Below are positions 30,143 through 39,540 of a stretch of DNA of 64,000 nucleotides, in pieces; position 1 is the stretch's first letter; every line of letters starts with the position of its first letter. The position numbers were made by a program, and so were the translations under genes. Source of the stretch: an uncultured virus (IMG/VR IMGVR_UViG_3300020428_000009) (lineage: Duplodnaviria; Heunggongvirae; Uroviricota; Caudoviricetes); the IMG/VR virus record IMGVR_UViG_3300020428_000009; one strand, given 5' to 3'. The notes beneath the pieces were generated by a model that saw nothing but the letters and a program-made list of their open reading frames with translations, was not told the origin of the DNA and did not search any database.

Positions 30143-30304
30143 ATGAAAAGATTTTGGAAATTATGGGCAATGTCCCTCGGAGAAAAAGCGTCTGAAGATT
30201 CGCATGAAGCAGACATGGTTGCAATCATTAGAACCATTGTTGTTTTGGTAAACTTCTTTACCTGTTTCTTTATTATATCTGGAGTGTTAAGACATTGGGG
30301 TTGA
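30143..30304 (+). CDS. Small membrane protein (53 aa, not in ORF track)
   Basis: MKRFWKLWAMSLGEKA..EADMVAIIRT..GVLRHWG; resembles, from recall, a small family in marine T4-likes. Confidence 0.65.
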   Translation: MKRFWKLWAMSLGEKASEDSHEADMVAIIRTIVVLVNFFTCFFIISGVLRHWG

Positions 30305-30305
30305 T

Positions 30306-30746
30306 ATGTTAGATTTAGGTATGAAGCCAAAAGAAGAGATCGATATCGATCAATTCAAAGTGAAGAAGAAAGCGATTAGTCCTTTTGATTTCGCAAACAG
30401 TATTAATTATACCAAAGAAAACTTGGTAGTTGATGAGTGGTCAGAGAAACAATATAATCCATTTATTGTAAACAAAGCATTGTCATACGGCAAAGATACC
30501 GTTAAACTTGCGAATGAAATGAATAGTAGACCTCACATCGATGGCAAATTGCAGTATGATTTTCTCAGAGATATGGTAAGAAAATCCAAGAGATTTAATA
30601 AGTGGTTAAAGCCAGAGCAAATTGAAAAACTTGATATTATCAAAGAGACATATGGATATAATGATATCAAGGCACAAGAAGCCATGCGCCTATTGAGTGA
30701 TGAACAAATTGCTACATTAGAAAAGCGACTATCAAGAGGCGGATAA
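30306..30746 (+). CDS. gp62: Clamp loader small subunit
   Basis: YNPFIVNKALS, ANEMN, LQYDFL, KRFNKW; precedes regA. Confidence 0.92.
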   Translation: MLDLGMKPKEEIDIDQFKVKKKAISPFDFANSINYTKENLVVDEWSEKQYNPFIVNKALSYGKDTVKLANEMNSRPHIDGKLQYDFLRDMVRKSKRFNKWLKPEQIEKLDIIKETYGYNDIKAQEAMRLLSDEQIATLEKRLSRGG

Positions 30747-30768
30747 TGACACTCTAGAGATGAGATAA

Positions 30769-30776
30769 TATAAATA
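30769..30776 (+). promoter_or_regulatory. T4-type late promoter TATAAATA (regA)
   Basis: Exact intergenic motif overlapping the left arm of a start-codon-sequestering inverted repeat. Confidence 0.65.
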
Positions 30777-30815
30777 TCTACATAAACACCATATTATTAA
30801 GGTAGAGATGTAGAT

Positions 30816-31235
30816 ATGAGTAGTGATTTCTTTGAAATTGATTTTCCTGGTTATGAACCATTAGAGATCAAATTAAAAAATGCAGATGACTTTTTGAAAG
30901 TGCGAGAAACATTGAGTAGAATTGGTGTAGCCTCTAAAAAAGATAAAGTCTTGTATCAGTCTTGCCACATTTTACATAAGCAAGGCAGATATTTTATTAC
31001 CCACTTCAAAGAATTATTTGCCCTAGATGGTAAAGGCGCTGACTTTACCGAAAATGATATTCAGCGAAGAAATACGATTGCAAAACTTTTGAGTGACTGG
31101 GGTTTAATTGAAATACTAAATTCCCAAAAGTTTGTAGAAGACCAAGCACCACTAAGTCAAATTAAAGTGCTATCATTTAAAGAAAAAGATGATTGGTCAT
31201 TAGTCACGAAGTATAACATTGGGAGGAAGAAATGA
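30816..31235 (+). CDS. regA: Translational repressor RegA
   Basis: DDFLKVRETLSRIGVAS, LYQSCHILHKQGRYFITHFKELF. Confidence 0.97.
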   Translation: MSSDFFEIDFPGYEPLEIKLKNADDFLKVRETLSRIGVASKKDKVLYQSCHILHKQGRYFITHFKELFALDGKGADFTENDIQRRNTIAKLLSDWGLIEILNSQKFVEDQAPLSQIKVLSFKEKDDWSLVTKYNIGRKK

Positions 31236-31387
31236 AATATTTAAGTATACTTCTGGTGTGTTTGTTTGTAACCGCGTGTTCTGGTAGAATCTCTTTGATC
31301 GCAGAACTTCCTAAAGATCAAGACTTAGATGTAACTATTAAAACATCACAGGCTGGCGGCGTACACAAAACACCGACCGCAGACTGA
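31232..31387 (+). CDS. Small lipoprotein (51 aa, not in ORF track)
   Basis: GGAGG RBS; MKYLSILLVCLFVTA-C lipobox. Confidence 0.6.
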   Translation: MKYLSILLVCLFVTACSGRISLIAELPKDQDLDVTIKTSQAGGVHKTPTAD

Positions 31388-31553
31388 AAAGTAAAGGAAC
31401 TGACCTGTTTGTCATACGCGCCAAATTTTTGTTATGAGGCCGAATAATTGATTACGGAAAATTCATTTTTTATACATATTGCATTGAGAGTTTGTTCATC
31501 GAACAAACGGAGCCCTCGGGCATAATACTAACCCTTTGAAACAAGGAGTAACA

Positions 31554-31841
31554 ATGAAAGTGAAATTGGTCGCTTTGGCGGCACTATTTTTTATGATGTT
31601 TTCAACCTCAACCCTCGCAAGCAACAAAACTAGCATCAACACACTCTGTAAGGCTACCATAAAATCTCTACCCAATGATTTGGGTCGTGTAGAACTGAAA
31701 GGTTTTAAACGCCAAGATTCTATGCCAGTGGCAAGATATCGCCTCTGGTTGGATGGTGAGATTCGCCAGTTGAATTGTGTATATGATCCTAGAACTTTAA
31801 CCGTATCCATAGTTGATCGAAAGACAGGTATGAATCTTTAG
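31554..31841 (+). CDS. Hypothetical exported protein
   Basis: AAGGAG RBS; signal-peptide-like N-terminus; two Cys. Confidence 0.6.
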   Translation: MKVKLVALAALFFMMFSTSTLASNKTSINTLCKATIKSLPNDLGRVELKGFKRQDSMPVARYRLWLDGEIRQLNCVYDPRTLTVSIVDRKTGMNL

Positions 31842-31862
31842 CAGTAAATAGGGCTTCTACCT

Positions 31863-31890
31863 CTTGATTTTTGAGGTAGAAGTCTTATAT
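31863..31890 (+). promoter_or_regulatory. RpoH (sigma32)-like promoter CTTGAT-N15-CTTATAT, embedded in an inverted repeat
   Basis: Resembles proteobacterial RpoH consensus; directly upstream of hsp20. Confidence 0.45.
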
Positions 31891-31933
31891 ATAGTAGTGT
31901 GAATGCCGTATGTTTCGGGTTCACTTTTAATAA

Positions 31934-31952
31934 TCTTGCTTAATAAAGGAGA
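31934..31952 (+). promoter_or_regulatory. ROSE-like RNA thermometer hairpin over the hsp20 SD
   Basis: UCUUGCUU-aaua-AAGGAGA pairs with a bulged G. Confidence 0.6.
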
Positions 31953-31957
31953 CTAAA

Positions 31958-32449
31958 ATGGTTACTACAAGATTGACCGCGTCTGACATGGACGCATTTT
32001 TCAGACCCTTCACTATAGGGTTCGATAGAGTTTTTGATAATTTACACACGGTGAAAGATATCGCTTCAAATTATCCACCCTATAACATAATCAGAAAAGA
32101 TGAAGATACTTATTCCATAGAATTGGCTTGTGCTGGTTTTAGGGAAGATGAGTTCAATATTCATCTCGTACCTGAAGGCAACAAATTAGTTGTTCAAGGT
32201 GTTCAAGACAGAGGAGAGGATAAAAATGACTATCACTATCAGGGTATTAGTGCTAGGAATTTTACAAGAACTTTTGCTCTTGCTGAACACACCAAGGTAG
32301 ATAATGCCGAGTTCTCGGACGGCATGTTGATCATTACCTTAAGTCGAGAATTACCTGAAGAGTTAAAAGTCCAAGAGATACTGGTCAATGGTGTGCCACC
32401 ATTGGGCGGCAAGAAGACTGAGAAAACTCTTCTGAACGAAAACCAATAA
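31958..32449 (+). CDS. hsp20: Small heat shock protein (Hsp20/IbpA family)
   Basis: IGFDRVF, NYPPYNI, IELACAGF, GISARNFTRTF, DGML. Confidence 0.95.
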   Translation: MVTTRLTASDMDAFFRPFTIGFDRVFDNLHTVKDIASNYPPYNIIRKDEDTYSIELACAGFREDEFNIHLVPEGNKLVVQGVQDRGEDKNDYHYQGISARNFTRTFALAEHTKVDNAEFSDGMLIITLSRELPEELKVQEILVNGVPPLGGKKTEKTLLNENQ

Positions 32450-32483
32450 CGCAAGTAAGTACTTACTATAATATGATGGAGAC

Positions 32484-32840
32484 TTGTCTATGACAGACGA
32501 AAATGAAAATAAAGGGTTAGAAGAACCAATGATCTGTGGTATCATTCTGACTTCTGGGCATGAGGTTATTTGTGTCATGCAACATGAAAAAGAAAAAAAC
32601 AGATACTTCTTAAACAATCCTGCTATTGTGGGACTGAAGCCAGATCCAGAAGATCCAACTAAGATGAATGTTTTCTTCTCACCTTTCTGTCCGTCAGCCG
32701 CTTTAGGGCAAGTCTCCGTTGTTCCCCAACAATTGGTTGCACTATACGCTCCATCTGAACAACTGACCGCGGAATGGAAATCAAAATTCAAACACCCAGG
32801 ACTTCCTAAGGGAGAAAAAAGACCGAAATTCGAAGGATAG
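32484..32840 (+). CDS. Conserved hypothetical protein upstream of gp43
   Basis: L-x-SGHEVI pattern; position typical of T4-likes; start may be the ATG at 32490. Confidence 0.55.
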   Translation: MSMTDENENKGLEEPMICGIILTSGHEVICVMQHEKEKNRYFLNNPAIVGLKPDPEDPTKMNVFFSPFCPSAALGQVSVVPQQLVALYAPSEQLTAEWKSKFKHPGLPKGEKRPKFEG

Positions 32841-32843
32841 TAC

Positions 32844-32872
32844 TTGACTTTTGAACAACTATTTGTTACAAT
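32844..32872 (+). promoter_or_regulatory. Sigma70-type promoter TTGACT-N17-TACAAT (gp43)
   Basis: Motif with TG extension. Confidence 0.7.
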
Positions 32873-32904
32873 GGTCTTAATAATATCTGGAGTGAGTCTT
32901 TTTA

Positions 32905-35409
32905 ATGTCTGAATTTTATTCTTATGCGTGGCAATACGGAAATAGCATATTAGTTCGTGGTGTTAGGGACGGTGAACGATTTCTTGAACGCCATCCTTTC
33001 TCGCCTACGCTATATGTCCGTACTGATGGAAAATCAAAGTTCAGAGGACTCTATGGCGAAAATCTTAAAGCCATAAATTTCAACAATAATTCTGCTTGTA
33101 AAGAATTTATCGACAAGTATTCAAAAGTAGAAAATTATCCTATCTATGGTCAACAAGATTTGACCTATCAATATCTCTCGGAAAAATATCCAGAAGCGAT
33201 TGACTTTGACTTAACAAAATTAAATATTCAAGCGATAGATATTGAGACTACTGCCGAACATGGCTTTCCTTCTGTAGATAATCCTATAGAAGAAGTTCTA
33301 CTTATTTCCAGCGTTAATAACATCACAAAGAAGATCACGACCTTTGGTGTCGGTGAATGGTCTCCTGTTTCTGAAGAAGTAAACGGCTTAGATGTTGATT
33401 ATGTTTACTGTGATAATGAAGAAGACTTGTTAAACAAATTCATGGCATGGTGGGCAAATGATTATCCAGATATTATTACTGGATGGAATAGTCAGTTGTT
33501 TGATATACCATATCTTGTATCTAGAATTGAACGATTGTTTGGTAATGAATCGAAGAATGGTTTGAGTCCTTTTAACATGACCAGACGAAGATCCGTTACT
33601 ATTAATAATCAAGAAATGACAACTTATGATATCAAGGGTATCGCTTCTTTAGATTATATTGATTTGTATCGTAAGTTTACATACAATCAGCCAGAGTCTT
33701 ACAAGTTAGATCACATTGCAGAGATAGAACTTGGCAAGAAAAAACTAGAGACTGAATACGATACCTTCAAAGAATTCTATGACAAAGATTGGAATCGTTT
33801 TATTGACTATAACATTATCGATGCCAAGTTGGTCGATGATCTTGATGACAAAATGAAACTCATTGAATTGATTGCTACCATGACATATGACTGCAAATGT
33901 AATTTTAGTGATGTGTATTCGTCTACGCGGACATGGGATTGTTTGTTATACAATCATTTGTTAGAGCAAGGCATAATGATTCCCCCCAAGTCTGACAAGC
34001 CAAGTCGTGGTATCAAAGGTGGCTATGTCCAAGAACCAGTTCCTGGTAAATATAAGTGGGTTGTATCTGTTGATGCTACCTCTCTGTATCCATCAATTAT
34101 TATGCAACATAATCTATCGCCAGAATGTCTGTCTGATGTTAAGCCACTAGATTGTACTGTTGATACATTACTTGGCAGAGAACATAATACCGAGAAGTTG
34201 AAAGAGAAAAATCTTTCAATGGCTGCCAATGGATATTGTTTTACAAGAAAGCGACAAGGCATATTTGCTGATATTACTCAGAAGTTTTTTGATGATCGTC
34301 AAAAATATAAGAAACTCATGCAACAGGCACAAAAAGATTATGAGTCAACTCATGATGAGAAGTTTTTGCCGTTGATTGCCAAGTATAATAATTTTCAGAT
34401 GGCAAGAAAGATTCAGTTGAATTCATTATTTGGTGCGATGGGTAATAGATACTTCAGATACTTTGATGAGCGAATTGCCGAGGGTATTACGCTTACTGGT
34501 CAATATATTATTCGTGAAACTGCTGATGCGGTTAACAGGTATCTAAACAAGTTTTGTGGTACCAAAGATGTTGAGTATTCATTCTACACCGATACTGATT
34601 CTTGTTATATAACTCTTGATGCATTAGTAGAAAAGTTTCTTAAAGATCAACCAAAAGATAAGATTATCGATGCACTTGATAAGATTACAGAAGATAAAAT
34701 AGAACCAGCGATCAATAAAGCAATGTCTGATCTTGCTGATTATATGAACGCATTTGAAGAAAAGATATTCTTTAAGCGAGAGGCTATTGCTGATACTGGT
34801 ATATGGATCGCAAAGAAAAGATATGCATTGAATGTATATGATAATGAAGGGGTTCGATACGAAGAACCTAAACTTAAAGTTATGGGTTTAGAAATTGTTC
34901 GCTCATCTACGCCTGCACCAGTTAGACAATCTTTACGAGATGCCGTATCTTTATGTTTGAGTGGCGATGAGAATAAGTTACAGAATTTTGTGGAAGAATC
35001 TTGGCAAGATTTTAAAAGTATGCGACCAGAAGAGATTGCATTTCCTAGGGGTTGTAATAATCTAGGTAAATATGCATCATCATCTGATATATATGGTAAG
35101 GGTACACCAATGCATGTTAGAGGTGCCTTGTTGTTTAACAATCAAGTTAGAACAAAATCATTGACTAATAAGTATGAATTGATAAAAGATGGTGATAAGA
35201 TTAAATTTGTTTATCTTAAAGAACCAAATCATATCAGAGAAAATGTTATAGCATTTAATGGTAGATTACCAAGCGAATTTGAGTTGCATAATTTTGTTGA
35301 CTATGATACAATGTTCAATAAATCTTTTATTGAGCCACTAAATACAATTACCTCTTCTTTAAATTGGAATACTAGACCAGTGGCATCATTAGAGGGTTTA
35401 TTTGCGTGA
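32905..35409 (+). CDS. gp43: Family B DNA polymerase
   Basis: DIET exonuclease motif, DATSLYPS, KIQLNSLFG, YTDTDS, KKRYAL. Confidence 0.98.
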   Translation: MSEFYSYAWQYGNSILVRGVRDGERFLERHPFSPTLYVRTDGKSKFRGLYGENLKAINFNNNSACKEFIDKYSKVENYPIYGQQDLTYQYLSEKYPEAIDFDLTKLNIQAIDIETTAEHGFPSVDNPIEEVLLISSVNNITKKITTFGVGEWSPVSEEVNGLDVDYVYCDNEEDLLNKFMAWWANDYPDIITGWNSQLFDIPYLVSRIERLFGNESKNGLSPFNMTRRRSVTINNQEMTTYDIKGIASLDYIDLYRKFTYNQPESYKLDHIAEIELGKKKLETEYDTFKEFYDKDWNRFIDYNIIDAKLVDDLDDKMKLIELIATMTYDCKCNFSDVYSSTRTWDCLLYNHLLEQGIMIPPKSDKPSRGIKGGYVQEPVPGKYKWVVSVDATSLYPSIIMQHNLSPECLSDVKPLDCTVDTLLGREHNTEKLKEKNLSMAANGYCFTRKRQGIFADITQKFFDDRQKYKKLMQQAQKDYESTHDEKFLPLIAKYNNFQMARKIQLNSLFGAMGNRYFRYFDERIAEGITLTGQYIIRETADAVNRYLNKFCGTKDVEYSFYTDTDSCYITLDALVEKFLKDQPKDKIIDALDKITEDKIEPAINKAMSDLADYMNAFEEKIFFKREAIADTGIWIAKKRYALNVYDNEGVRYEEPKLKVMGLEIVRSSTPAPVRQSLRDAVSLCLSGDENKLQNFVEESWQDFKSMRPEEIAFPRGCNNLGKYASSSDIYGKGTPMHVRGALLFNNQVRTKSLTNKYELIKDGDKIKFVYLKEPNHIRENVIAFNGRLPSEFELHNFVDYDTMFNKSFIEPLNTITSSLNWNTRPVASLEGLFA

Positions 35410-35422
35410 TAAGGAGAATACT

Positions 35423-36484
35423 ATGAGTTTAATAGAAAAATTGAAAAAGAATACGACTGTCAAAGAGACATCGGTTCTTACCAAATCTAAGTTTTTTGAT
35501 TCAAAAGATTTAGTTCAGACAACTGTTCCTGCACTTAATGTGGCATTGTCTGGAAAATTAGATGGAGGACTTACCCCAGGTCTTACTGTGTTTGCTGGTC
35601 CATCAAAGCATTTCAAGACTGCTTTTGCTTTGATGCTTGCAAAGTCCTATTTAGATAAATATGATGATGCAGTAGTATTATTTTATGATTCTGAATTTGG
35701 TGCACCTGAAGGCTATTTCAAAACATTTGAGATCGACACGGATAGAGTTATTCATACTCCAGTAACGGACATTGAACAACTAAAGCACGATGTTATGAAA
35801 CAGTTAAGCGACATAGAGCGAGGAGATCGTGTTATAATTCTCGTAGACTCTGTTGGTAATTTAGCATCAAAGAAAGAAGTTGAAGATGCACTTGAAGGAA
35901 GGTCTGTCGCAGATATGACCAGAGCGAAACAGATGAAGTCTTTGTTTCGTATGGTCACTCCGCATCTTACCATCAAAGATATCTCTGCTGTAGTTGTCAA
36001 TCATACATACAAAGAAATTGGATTGTTTCCAAAAGATATTGTTAGCGGTGGTACAGGAGTTTATTACTCGGCTGATAATATTTACATTGTTGGTAGGCAA
36101 CAAGAAAAACAAGGTAAAGAAGTAGTTGGCTACAACTTTATCATAAATGTAGAAAAGTCGAGGTATGTTAGAGAGAAATCAAAAATCCCAATCGAGGTGT
36201 CGTGGGAAGGTGGCATTAGTAAGTGGAGTGGTCTGCTTGATATGGCTCTTGAGTCTGGACATGTTGTCAAGCCATCAAACGGATGGTATGCGAAATCTGG
36301 CGAAGATGATGCAAAGAAAGTCAGACTTAAAGATACATACACAAAAGATTTCTGGCTACCTATTTTGACTGACCCAACATTTATCTCATGGATCGAGAAT
36401 AGATACTTAATCTCTTCAGAAAAAATAATGAATGAAGAGATCACGGAAGAGGACATAGAGAAAGCATATGGCGACGGACTTTAA
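35423..36484 (+). CDS. uvsX: RecA-like recombinase
   Basis: AGPSKHFKT, YDSEFG, VNHTY, SGGTG; ATG after AAGGAG. Confidence 0.96.
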   Translation: MSLIEKLKKNTTVKETSVLTKSKFFDSKDLVQTTVPALNVALSGKLDGGLTPGLTVFAGPSKHFKTAFALMLAKSYLDKYDDAVVLFYDSEFGAPEGYFKTFEIDTDRVIHTPVTDIEQLKHDVMKQLSDIERGDRVIILVDSVGNLASKKEVEDALEGRSVADMTRAKQMKSLFRMVTPHLTIKDISAVVVNHTYKEIGLFPKDIVSGGTGVYYSADNIYIVGRQQEKQGKEVVGYNFIINVEKSRYVREKSKIPIEVSWEGGISKWSGLLDMALESGHVVKPSNGWYAKSGEDDAKKVRLKDTYTKDFWLPILTDPTFISWIENRYLISSEKIMNEEITEEDIEKAYGDGL

Positions 36485-36713
36485 AAATCAGCAACAAGAT
36501 TTGACAGAGTTGAATTCTGACGGAAACAGGACCAGAGGACGCTATGGTGAAGACGAGGCGAAGTATGCCAAATGTGATCGTTGTCAAAAGACAATAAGTC
36601 TTGACAATGACGCGGCAATATGTTTTAATGAGAAACTTTATATGTGTGAAGCATGTGTCGAAGAGGTGAAGAAAGAATTTTATGATGAAGTTAGAAACTC
36701 AAATACTGGGTAG
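36468..36713 (+). CDS. Small hypothetical protein with two CxxC pairs
   Basis: CDRC...CEAC; overlaps neighbours. Confidence 0.55.
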   Translation: MATDFKNQQQDLTELNSDGNRTRGRYGEDEAKYAKCDRCQKTISLDNDAAICFNEKLYMCEACVEEVKKEFYDEVRNSNTG

Positions 36714-38067
36714 TTTAATTGATGATGAGAAATATACTAGAAGGGTAATACCTTTTTTAAAAGAAGAATATTTTTCAGATGTAGAAGATAAAGCCGTATT
36801 TACCAAAATACGAGACTTTGTAGAGAAGTATAATTCTTTACCAACAAAATCTTCTCTGTTAATTGCACTACAAGATGATCGCAAAGTCAATGAAGATGTG
36901 TATCAAAAGTGCGAGACTTTAATCAATGGTCTTGTGCCGAGTGAAGATACGAGCAACTGGTTAGTTGATGAGACTGAAAAGTTATGTAAAGATAAAGCAT
37001 TGTATAATGCTATCATGCAGTCTATTCAGATAATCGAAGGTGACAATAGAACTTATACCAAAGACGCTCTTCCAAGTATTCTTTCTGAAGCCTTAGGCGT
37101 TGGATTTGATAACAATGTTGGTCATGATTACATCGAAAATTCTGCTAGTCGTTTCGATTTCTATCATAGAGAAGAAGAAAAGATCCCATTTGATTTAGAT
37201 TACTTTAATAAGATTACCGAGGGTGGTCTTCTTAATAAGACTCTGAATGTGGCTTTGGCTGGAACTGGTGTTGGTAAATCTTTGTTCATGTGCCACATGG
37301 CGGCATCATGTATCTCTCAAGGTAAAAATGTTCTGTACATCACATTAGAAATGGCAGAAGAAAGAATTGCTGAGAGAATAGATGCTAATATGATGAATGT
37401 TTCTATGCAAGATTTAAAAGATTTATCTAAGTCAATGTATGATGAGCGAATATCAAAGATTAAAAACAAAGTTGATGGTCGTTTGATCATTAAAGAATAT
37501 CCAACTGCATCTGCCCACACAGGTCATTTTCAAGCATTGATAGATGAGTTGAAATTAAAGAGAAATTTCACACCAGAGATTATCTTTATAGACTATCTGA
37601 ATATATGCTCCAGTAGTAGATACAGAAATGGATCTAATATGAATTCATATACAATTATTAAATCTATTGCTGAAGAACTCAGAGGTTTGGCTGTTCAATG
37701 CGACTTACCTATAGTGACTGCAACACAGACCACTCGCGGTGGATACAATAATAGTGATGTCGAATTGACTGATACTTCAGAGAGTTTTGGATTGCCTGCC
37801 ACTGCTGATCTAATGTTTGCGTTGATAAGTACTGAAGAGTTAGAACAACAAGGACATCTTATGGTGAAGCAGTTGAAGAATAGATACAGCGATCCCACAA
37901 GAAACAAACGATTTATGATAGGTATAGATAGGGCAAAGATGCGTTTACATGATCTTGAAGCATCCGCTCAAACTAACTTAACAGATTCTGGACAACCTAG
38001 TGTTGATGATGATGTTCCAGTTTTTGATCGTGGTAGTCGCTTGGGATTCGGAGATATTAAGTACTAA
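36682..38067 (+). CDS. gp41: Replicative DNA helicase
   Basis: AGTGVGKS, ITLEMAEE, IDYLNI, SESFGLPATAD, KQLKNRY. Confidence 0.97.
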   Translation: MMKLETQILGSLIDDEKYTRRVIPFLKEEYFSDVEDKAVFTKIRDFVEKYNSLPTKSSLLIALQDDRKVNEDVYQKCETLINGLVPSEDTSNWLVDETEKLCKDKALYNAIMQSIQIIEGDNRTYTKDALPSILSEALGVGFDNNVGHDYIENSASRFDFYHREEEKIPFDLDYFNKITEGGLLNKTLNVALAGTGVGKSLFMCHMAASCISQGKNVLYITLEMAEERIAERIDANMMNVSMQDLKDLSKSMYDERISKIKNKVDGRLIIKEYPTASAHTGHFQALIDELKLKRNFTPEIIFIDYLNICSSSRYRNGSNMNSYTIIKSIAEELRGLAVQCDLPIVTATQTTRGGYNNSDVELTDTSESFGLPATADLMFALISTEELEQQGHLMVKQLKNRYSDPTRNKRFMIGIDRAKMRLHDLEASAQTNLTDSGQPSVDDDVPVFDRGSRLGFGDIKY

Positions 38068-38071
38068 TTTG

Positions 38072-38079
38072 TATAAATA
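38072..38079 (+). promoter_or_regulatory. T4-type late promoter TATAAATA
   Basis: Exact intergenic motif. Confidence 0.8.
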
Positions 38080-38097
38080 GACACATGGAGACATTCT

Positions 38098-38484
38098 ATG
38101 ATAAGTAAAATACTTTTTGGTATATTAATCGCAGGTGGTGCTATGGGTTATATCTATTACAAACAGACCCAAGTGGAATTGATTGAACTTAGGGAGCAAG
38201 TGGCTGCCTATGAGTTGAAATTTGAAACCCAAGATAATACTATTAAAGTCATGGAAGAAAGACACATTCAACAATCTAACGCAATGTTGCAAATGTCTGA
38301 AAAGAATAAAGAGATTATAGCCGAAAGAGATCGCTATCTTGATATCTTCAAGAGGCATGATCTTTCAAAGTTGGCAGCCGCCAAACCTGGATTAATAGAG
38401 CCGAGAGTTAATAATGCAACCAAAGATGTTTTTGACAGCCTGGAAAACGACAGCAACTACGATTTTACTCCTGCTAACCCTTAG
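38098..38484 (+). CDS. Putative inner-membrane spanin (Rz-like)
   Basis: N-terminal TM plus coiled coil, KPGLIE..VN; late promoter; overlaps a lipoprotein gene. Confidence 0.6.
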   Translation: MISKILFGILIAGGAMGYIYYKQTQVELIELREQVAAYELKFETQDNTIKVMEERHIQQSNAMLQMSEKNKEIIAERDRYLDIFKRHDLSKLAAAKPGLIEPRVNNATKDVFDSLENDSNYDFTPANP

Positions 38485-38917
38485 TGGTTGTACTAGCATA
38501 GGAGGTCTATTCGGAGGCAAGCAAGAGCCTCGGGAAATAGAAATCAAGACAGTTGAAATTCGTACACCAATACAACAACCAGTAATGCCACGCCCTATCG
38601 ATATGAAAGAGCCAAAGTGGTATGTGGTATCCCCTAAAAATATGGACGAATTCTTAAAGAGAATTCAGAAACAATCTGGCGGAGTATTTTTCGCCATGAC
38701 TCCTGCAGGCTATGAACTGATGGCTTATAATCTGCAAGAAATAAAACGATTTGTAAAAGAAACCAAAGAAGTGATCGTATATTATCGTACTGTGACCCTA
38801 CCTGATGAAGAATTGGAAACCCAACGATCTGAAGAGACTACGCCTAAGCGAGAGTCTTTGATTGATCAATTCAGAAATAGGATCAAGCCCGATGACGGAA
38901 ACGGAAAACAAGACTGA
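38414..38917 (+). CDS. Putative outer-membrane spanin lipoprotein (Rz1-like)
   Basis: LLTLSG-C lipobox; Pro-rich segment; overlaps upstream gene. Confidence 0.6.
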   Translation: MQPKMFLTAWKTTATTILLLLTLSGCTSIGGLFGGKQEPREIEIKTVEIRTPIQQPVMPRPIDMKEPKWYVVSPKNMDEFLKRIQKQSGGVFFAMTPAGYELMAYNLQEIKRFVKETKEVIVYYRTVTLPDEELETQRSEETTPKRESLIDQFRNRIKPDDGNGKQD

Positions 38918-39215
38918 TACATTACCTGCTGATGTAAATGGTGATGGTAGAGTTGATGATGAAGAAAAGCGAATGTATATGGAATTTAAACGAAAGGAAC
39001 TTGAAGATCAGGATGCAATGCGTGATTCTCAACGCAAGATGGCTTGGTTTGCCCTTGGAGGCATGTTGTTATATCCTTTTGCCGTGGTCTGTGCGTCTTT
39101 GGCAGATTTAGACCAGGCTCAGAAAACTTTGGGAGATATGGCGCCAACATATTTTGTTGCCGTTGCAGGTATCGTAGCCGCGTTCTTTGGCGCCCAGGCG
39201 TTTACTAAAAAATGA
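38892..39215 (+). CDS. Two-TM membrane protein (holin-like) with EF-hand-like loop
   Basis: DVNGDGRVDDEE then two hydrophobic helices; in the late block with the spanin-like genes. Confidence 0.5.
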   Translation: MTETENKTDTLPADVNGDGRVDDEEKRMYMEFKRKELEDQDAMRDSQRKMAWFALGGMLLYPFAVVCASLADLDQAQKTLGDMAPTYFVAVAGIVAAFFGAQAFTKK

Positions 39216-39337
39216 ATAAGACAAGCATCAATATATTATTACACGGCGCTTTATTAGTATGGCTTGTTGCATCGTATGAGGTATTATACATGGCAATGTT
39301 AGAATTGTGGTGCCTTGCTTACGGTATATTCATGTGA
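39212..39337 (+). CDS. Small hydrophobic protein (41 aa, not in ORF track)
   Basis: ATGA overlap with upstream stop and GTGA overlap with next gene. Confidence 0.4.
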   Translation: MNKTSINILLHGALLVWLVASYEVLYMAMLELWCLAYGIFM

Positions 39338-39528
39338 TAGATGGAGTTTCACCAGTATCGGCTATACCAAGTTCTTATACACATAAGAATGTAGTATCTA
39401 GAGTATATGATTCGGGTGTTCCTGGACAACATAGAGTTGTTCAAGATGTTTATGTGGTTACAATTTATGATGCGATGGGTAGACTGAATACAGTTACGAC
39501 ATCTCATAGAGTAGATTTTTTAGTATGA
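39334..39528 (+). CDS. Hypothetical protein
   Basis: GTG start coupled to upstream stop. Confidence 0.45.
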   Translation: MIDGVSPVSAIPSSYTHKNVVSRVYDSGVPGQHRVVQDVYVVTIYDAMGRLNTVTTSHRVDFLV

Positions 39529-39540
39529 ATAAGGAAAGAC

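Noticed and set aside
32905..38067. Introns, inteins or homing endonucleases in gp43, uvsX, gp41 (also nrdA, nrdB, gp20, gp23)
   Set aside because: ORFs are continuous, of ordinary length, and show no intein or endonuclease motifs
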